Shown: in pieces, positions 57,318-62,029 of the stretch | Layout of the letters: the number at the start of each line of letters is the position of its first letter | How positions within the stretch are numbered: position 1 is the first letter of the stretch | From: Thermoproteota archaeon | GTDB taxonomy: Archaea; Asgardarchaeota; Jordiarchaeia; Jordiarchaeales; Freyrarchaeaceae | Reading direction: 5' to 3' | Length of the DNA stretch: 62,029 nucleotides | Assembly (NCBI GenBank): GCA_029258835.1 | Contig: JAPDJY010000019.1 | Coordinates: 1 to 62,029, forward strand | The notes under the pieces: generated by a model | Databases searched by the model: none | Seen by the model: the letters and a program-made list of their open reading frames with translations, nothing else | Told to the model about the DNA's origin: nothing | Made by a program: the position numbers and the translations under genes

Positions 57318-58511
57318 CTATGCTTGACTGTTGCGGTATACGTGGAGGTATTTTCTGGCAGCGTCCTCCCATTGAAAACTGCTAACAGAATACGTGTTTG
57401 ACGCCAGTCTCCGTCTCAGGTTGCTGTTAGAAAGGATTTGGAGTATTGCGTCTGCCAGCTTCTCTACGTTTCCTGAGGGGACTAGTAAGCCGTTAACCCC
57501 GTTATTGATCATCTCTGAGATGGGTGATATGTTGAAGGCTATGATGGGTTTATGCATTGTTAAGGCTTCTAACACGATGATCCCGAATGGCTCATATGTT
57601 GACGGGATGACAACAACCTGTGCAAGCTGGTAGAACGCCGCCTTCTCCTCCTCGCTAATCCATCCAACCAGTTTAACGTGGTGCTGCAGGCTTCCCTCGT
57701 TCACCAGCTTCTCTAACTCAGACCTATACGGTCCGGTTCCAGCTATGACCGCAATGGCATCCGGAATTTTAGATATAACATATGGCATGGCTCTAATGAG
57801 ATACTGGAACCCCTTCGTTTGAGCCAGCCTTCCCACAGAGAAAATTAACTTTTTACCAGTTAACGAATACCTTCCTTCGACTTTCTCGATTAATTCAGCT
57901 TCCACACTGTTCAGGTCTGGATTCGGCCCGTTAGGGACAACCACCATCCTCCTACTTATTAACCCTTTCCTCACGCATTCTTCCAGCAGCGAATGCGACA
58001 CAGCCGTTAACGCTTTAGCCTTTCCCACCACGAATCTTTCAAGCAACGCTAGGTATGCTTTAAACACCAAGTGGAATACGAGGCCAGCGCTCTCAGGGCT
58101 CTTAGGAATTCCATGGCAAGTGAACACGTAGCGTTTTCGAAACACTATGCAGAGAATGGCTGCAATGTCGACAAGAGGATGCCCCACACCGTGGAGGTGG
58201 ATGATGTCGTATCCGCCTTTCACAATCTTATAGGCGAGGAATGCAAACGCCAAGGCAGTGGGCGGCGTGCAAGTTACTAGATTCATATTCCCCATTCTCG
58301 GAGCCGGCACCAGAGGTAAAAAGAATATGTCTACGCCATCATCATTAACGTGACTTATGCCTCCCATAAGGCTCCGATTATGAAAATCTCCTGCTAGTAC
58401 TGTGACGTCATGCCCCACTCTTTTAAACTCCTTCGCGAGGCTTCTGTATACGATGCCTCCTCCACCTACGTGTTTAGGAGGGTACTCCGGAGTAACAATC
58501 AGGATCCTCAC
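57318..58511 (-). CDS. Glycosyltransferase family 4
   Basis: EYPPKHVGGG, VGRLAQTKG and PSTYEPFGIIVLEA motifs. Confidence 0.92.
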   Translation of the reverse strand: MRILIVTPEYPPKHVGGGGIVYRSLAKEFKRVGHDVTVLAGDFHNRSLMGGISHVNDDGVDIFFLPLVPAPRMGNMNLVTCTPPTALAFAFLAYKIVKGGYDIIHLHGVGHPLVDIAAILCIVFRKRYVFTCHGIPKSPESAGLVFHLVFKAYLALLERFVVGKAKALTAVSHSLLEECVRKGLISRRMVVVPNGPNPDLNSVEAELIEKVEGRYSLTGKKLIFSVGRLAQTKGFQYLIRAMPYVISKIPDAIAVIAGTGPYRSELEKLVNEGSLQHHVKLVGWISEEEKAAFYQLAQVVVIPSTYEPFGIIVLEALTMHKPIIAFNISPISEMINNGVNGLLVPSGNVEKLADAILQILSNSNLRRRLASNTYSVSSFQWEDAARKYLHVYRNSQA

Positions 58512-58512
58512 C

Positions 58513-59709
58513 TTAACCCCTCCTTAAAGCTTCGCAGTATAGTTCTACGGTCTTTAAGCCAACCAGTCTCCATGAACGCTCCTCCTTTACCTTCCTCATG
58601 TAAAGTGAAAACTCTCTGCTGAAGCTTTCATCACCGAGGATACCACCTATTTTTTCGCTCAAGCCTCTGTAGTCGCCCTTTTTGAAGAGTGCCGATAAAG
58701 GTAGAACTTCCCTGAACGGGGGGAGATCTGACGCGATGACCGGCTTCTCGTAGCTTATGGCGTGTGCGAAGGGACCACTACTTGACATAGCTAAATTGTA
58801 CGGGAGAACGACGACGTCCGCTGCAGTAATGTAAACTGCTAAATCCTCGTCTGGAATAAAGCCGGTGAACCTCACCTGTCTACGTATAGGAAGTACGCTA
58901 TCACGCAGCTCTGAGAGATACTCTCTGTATGAAGCGTCATCCCTCAGTCGAGGATGCTCTCCTCCCCCTATGATAAGAATCCAATCGGGGTGCTTGTCAG
59001 CTAGCAGTTTAAAGCACTCAATTAGAGTCTCTATTCCCTTATACTTCGCTAGGTATCCGAAAAATAAGATCACTTTCCTGCCTTCCAAACCAAGCATCCG
59101 TTTAGCCTCGTCCGCGCTCAGCTTCTCTTTAACGTCGTCGACACCATGTGGAATAACATGGATTTTCCCGCTCCGACAGTTATAGTCGTTTCTCAGAGCC
59201 TCAGCGAAGAAACCCTCATGGACGATCACCACATCTGCTAGGTGAACGATTACCTTGGTGAGGAATAGGAGGCCGATCTTAAGGAGCCATAATGGGCCTC
59301 GTATATCATTCAAAGCGAGAAACTCCTTGTTAATTTCTAACATTGGGATCACCCCGTGAAGAGTCACGACAACCTTCCCCCCACTAAGCTTGGCTAGAAC
59401 AAGCAAGATGGGAAACAGCAACGCTGAAAGCAGCCCACCATACAGGAAAAACTCGTGTTGAACATGCACAATGTCAGGCTTACACGCGCACAACGCCTTA
59501 AATATCTGAAAGGGGTAGCATGCTTCAGAGTTCCAACAATAGTATATCTTCCAACGATCACTAAACAGCTTACTCCCTTTATCTAAAAGAAGGTGTATCC
59601 TTAATCCATACGTCTGAAGCGAGCTAACAAGCCTCTGAGTATAAGAGAACACTCCTCCTCTAGACGAGGAAACCACTGCAACGCTAAGTCTTTTACCCAA
59701 CTCTTTCAC
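58513..59709 (-). CDS. Glycosyltransferase family 4
   Basis: HVQHE, IPHG, FFGYLAKYKGIE and VLPY...SSG motifs. Confidence 0.9.
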   Translation of the reverse strand: MKELGKRLSVAVVSSSRGGVFSYTQRLVSSLQTYGLRIHLLLDKGSKLFSDRWKIYYCWNSEACYPFQIFKALCACKPDIVHVQHEFFLYGGLLSALLFPILLVLAKLSGGKVVVTLHGVIPMLEINKEFLALNDIRGPLWLLKIGLLFLTKVIVHLADVVIVHEGFFAEALRNDYNCRSGKIHVIPHGVDDVKEKLSADEAKRMLGLEGRKVILFFGYLAKYKGIETLIECFKLLADKHPDWILIIGGGEHPRLRDDASYREYLSELRDSVLPIRRQVRFTGFIPDEDLAVYITAADVVVLPYNLAMSSSGPFAHAISYEKPVIASDLPPFREVLPLSALFKKGDYRGLSEKIGGILGDESFSREFSLYMRKVKEERSWRLVGLKTVELYCEALRRG

Positions 59710-60416
59710 CCCTCATACACCTTAGTGACGTACACCCGAAGAAACACGCCCAGCAAGTCTAATAGCATTCTAAGAATGCTTCTAACAGACATCCTCCTCT
59801 CCCTATGCCTTAACACGACAGGAGCCTCAACTATCCTATAACCCTTCATATACGTGAGAATCAAGAGTTCCACGTCAAAGGCATAACCTTTAACCCGCAG
59901 CTTGGACACGACGTCCTCCAGTACTCTTCGCTTGAAAACCTTAAAGCCACACTGAGTATCCGACAGAGGCAGCCTGAATAGGACTCTAACTAGTATATTG
60001 AAGCACTTGCTGAGAATCCTCCTGTGCAAAGGGTAAACGATGTCCGACTTCGGATGCCTCTTAGACCCTATAACGACGTCGGCGCTTGAGAGGGCTCTAA
60101 GGTAGGAGGACAGCCGACGAGGAGATATGGACAGGTCTGCATCTATGTACGCCACGGCGTCACCTGAGCTATGCTGAAAACCCTTCTTCACGGCACACCC
60201 CTTTCCCTCGTTCATATAGTTCCTGACAACTTTAACCCTAGAGTTCCTCCTAGCCATCTCGCTGACAACGCTAAAAGTTCCATCCCCGCTCCCATCGTCA
60301 ACGACTATCACCTCATAATCCACCCTCATATCACTTGCAACCCTAGTGACCTCCTCCACACACCTTCTAATCCTACCCCGCTCATTGAAAGCCGGTATGA
60401 TCACGCTTAACTTCAA
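59706..60416 (-). CDS. Glycosyltransferase family 2 (dolichyl-phosphate hexosyltransferase-like)
   Basis: LSVIIPAFNE, VVDDGS, NEGKG, DADL, DTQCGFK and FDVE motifs; start TTG 60416 after GGAGGT (the ORF track start at 60587 is overextended). Confidence 0.92.
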   Translation of the reverse strand: MKLSVIIPAFNERGRIRRCVEEVTRVASDMRVDYEVIVVDDGSGDGTFSVVSEMARRNSRVKVVRNYMNEGKGCAVKKGFQHSSGDAVAYIDADLSISPRRLSSYLRALSSADVVIGSKRHPKSDIVYPLHRRILSKCFNILVRVLFRLPLSDTQCGFKVFKRRVLEDVVSKLRVKGYAFDVELLILTYMKGYRIVEAPVVLRHRERRMSVRSILRMLLDLLGVFLRVYVTKVYEG

Positions 60417-61254
60417 GGGTGTACCTCCCCTAAATGCTTTCATCTTTGGGTCAGCCCACGTCTTTGGCGTGTTACAGGATGGGGGAACTAGGTGCTGGTT
60501 GCAGCCGCCGGGCTGTGGGGGCGGGTGAAAACGGATGCTTAGGCTAGCGGGCTCAGCCGCATGGCACATCGAGAACGCCCCCTTCAAAGTCCGGCTCTAG
60601 CTTTGAATGGACGCGTTGCCCGTCGCTACCCTGCACCCTCCTCTAGGCGAGCTTGCTTTCATGGCGTGTCTACGAGAGCTTTCATTTGGGTGGATGAACG
60701 CCAACAACTTACCACCTCCAATAACATTTCTCAAATAACTAATTGTTATCTGATTTTTTTTAAGACAAAAAATAATATAAAAATTTTTCCTTCAGAAAAA
60801 ATTCGTGGAAAAATAATGCGACAATCACTTTTAGGAAAAGGGGGTTTCGACGCTTAGGAAGTGACACCTCTCCGACGCGTGGCTAATGCCGGTAGAAGGC
60901 GAGGGGAACCGCTACTGAACCGTAGGCTGCCGCCGTAAACTACCGCTACATGGCGAGAAGGCTGCTTTACCCTCATGAAGCATCCAAGCGGTGGAAGGGT
61001 GCGTGTTAAAATTCGTGTTAAAAGATGCGGAAGCTACTAGTAACCTACCACTGCCTTCCAGTATCATTTCACCATCAGGGGGCAGCTGCCTCTACAAGAA
61101 AAGAAGCATCCATAAGTAGATGTGCTAAAGGTGAAGAGTGAACTTTTATCTTAGAAGGGTGGAGGTGCCCCGTAATCTGGAGGTAGAGCACGGTGCCTCT
61201 CCTACGGTGGTTAAGGGGTGAAACGCAAGAGTTCACCTGCTTGAATCCCGACGT

Positions 61255-61929
61255 TTATTCATGGTAGATGGTAGCTGTTTCCTTATACTCTGGCTTACAC
61301 CAGAAGACCACGTACGTGCTTTGGTCGAGGAATATTTCGGCTGAGCTGACACCCCAGCCGCTCATCGGCGACCAGCCGGGGTTTCCATCTATGTCGGGTC
61401 CGCAGGGTATGCCGGCTATCGTGGCAGCCGCCTTATAGGACGCCCAGATTATTTCACTGCAGTAGTAGCTACACCCGTAAACTTGCTTCAGGAAGCAGTT
61501 TCCGTCGCAAGGCTTCCCTATTTGGGTGCATGCGAACCAAGCTGCAGCCAGCCTGATGTGAGGATACGTGTTAACCCTTAACACGCAGAACTCCTCACAC
61601 TCGAGTACGTACCAGACTGGGCTACACACCACCCCTCTCACCGTCCCCTCAACCACCATTCCGCCTCCAACATACATCATGGCATGCGTCCAGTAAGGCG
61701 AGTAGCGTAGGCTGACGAGCAAGTCTTCAACGGTGTCATCCCTAACCAGTATTATGTCTCCAATTTGTAGCGTCTCTCTTAGGCTTCTCCGGGCGGAGTC
61801 CTTATCAGCTTCACTACACACCTTGAAGCCACCGTACGTGACTGGCGCCGAGAATGGGTCAAAAAGGTTAATGGCTAGCAGTAATGTAACAGCTGTGATG
61901 AAGGCTAAAAGTGCGACGCTCCGCCTCAT
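61255..61929 (-). CDS. Secreted permuted papain-like (YiiX/YebB NlpC/P60) amidase
   Basis: Signal peptide, LQIGDIIL, WTHAMMYVG (His) preceding YYCSEII (Cys). Confidence 0.85.
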   Translation of the reverse strand: MRRSVALLAFITAVTLLLAINLFDPFSAPVTYGGFKVCSEADKDSARRSLRETLQIGDIILVRDDTVEDLLVSLRYSPYWTHAMMYVGGGMVVEGTVRGVVCSPVWYVLECEEFCVLRVNTYPHIRLAAAWFACTQIGKPCDGNCFLKQVYGCSYYCSEIIWASYKAAATIAGIPCGPDIDGNPGWSPMSGWGVSSAEIFLDQSTYVVFWCKPEYKETATIYHE

Positions 61930-62029
61930 AGGATTCCTCCCATCCCATGTTTCCCATTACGAGTATATGTTTCTACCGGCATTGGCTGCTCAAGTTCACG
62001 GTTGCGCCCTACATTTTCAAGCCTCCTCT

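Noticed and set aside
60840-61250. Moderately GC-rich intergenic stretch, possibly ncRNA or gene remnant
   Set aside because: No stable long hairpins, box motifs or recognisable protein fragments seen.

Overview
This is an archaeal chromosomal window, probably from a thermophilic Asgard lineage (inferred from TATA/BRE promoters, BHB-intron tRNA, Sec machinery and a roadblock + small GTPase pair). Five things stand out. (1) A 15-gene, translationally coupled operon (32518-46164) combines an anchored surface protein, an MglB/MglA-like roadblock-GTPase pair, a Ski2/Hel308-like helicase with a SWIM-type finger, RadB- and RadA-like recombinases, membrane proteins with VirB4 N-terminal-like domains, a Walker-dead HerA/VirB4-like protein, an arch-less FEN1 paralogue and a polytopic membrane protein. 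It is a candidate undescribed DNA uptake/exchange-plus-recombination machine. (2) A tRNA-Sec gene (12407-12558) is split by three introns (D-loop, anticodon loop, T-loop), and selB lies at the left edge; neither appears in the ORF track. (3) An IS200/IS605 element, whose tnpB core is replaced by an antisense LAGLIDADG endonuclease gene, sits inside a decayed paralogue of a neighbouring 1080-aa beta-solenoid-like surface protein. (4) A candidate structured ncRNA lies at about 2948-3083. (5) The rest comprises three toxin-antitoxin modules with palindromic operators, housekeeping and metabolic genes (acyl-CoA ligase, FAD/Fe-S oxidoreductases, guaA, aminotransferase, endonuclease IV, thiolase/DUF35) and an AT-rich surface-glycosylation island. 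All calls come from reading motifs by eye; no database searches were run.
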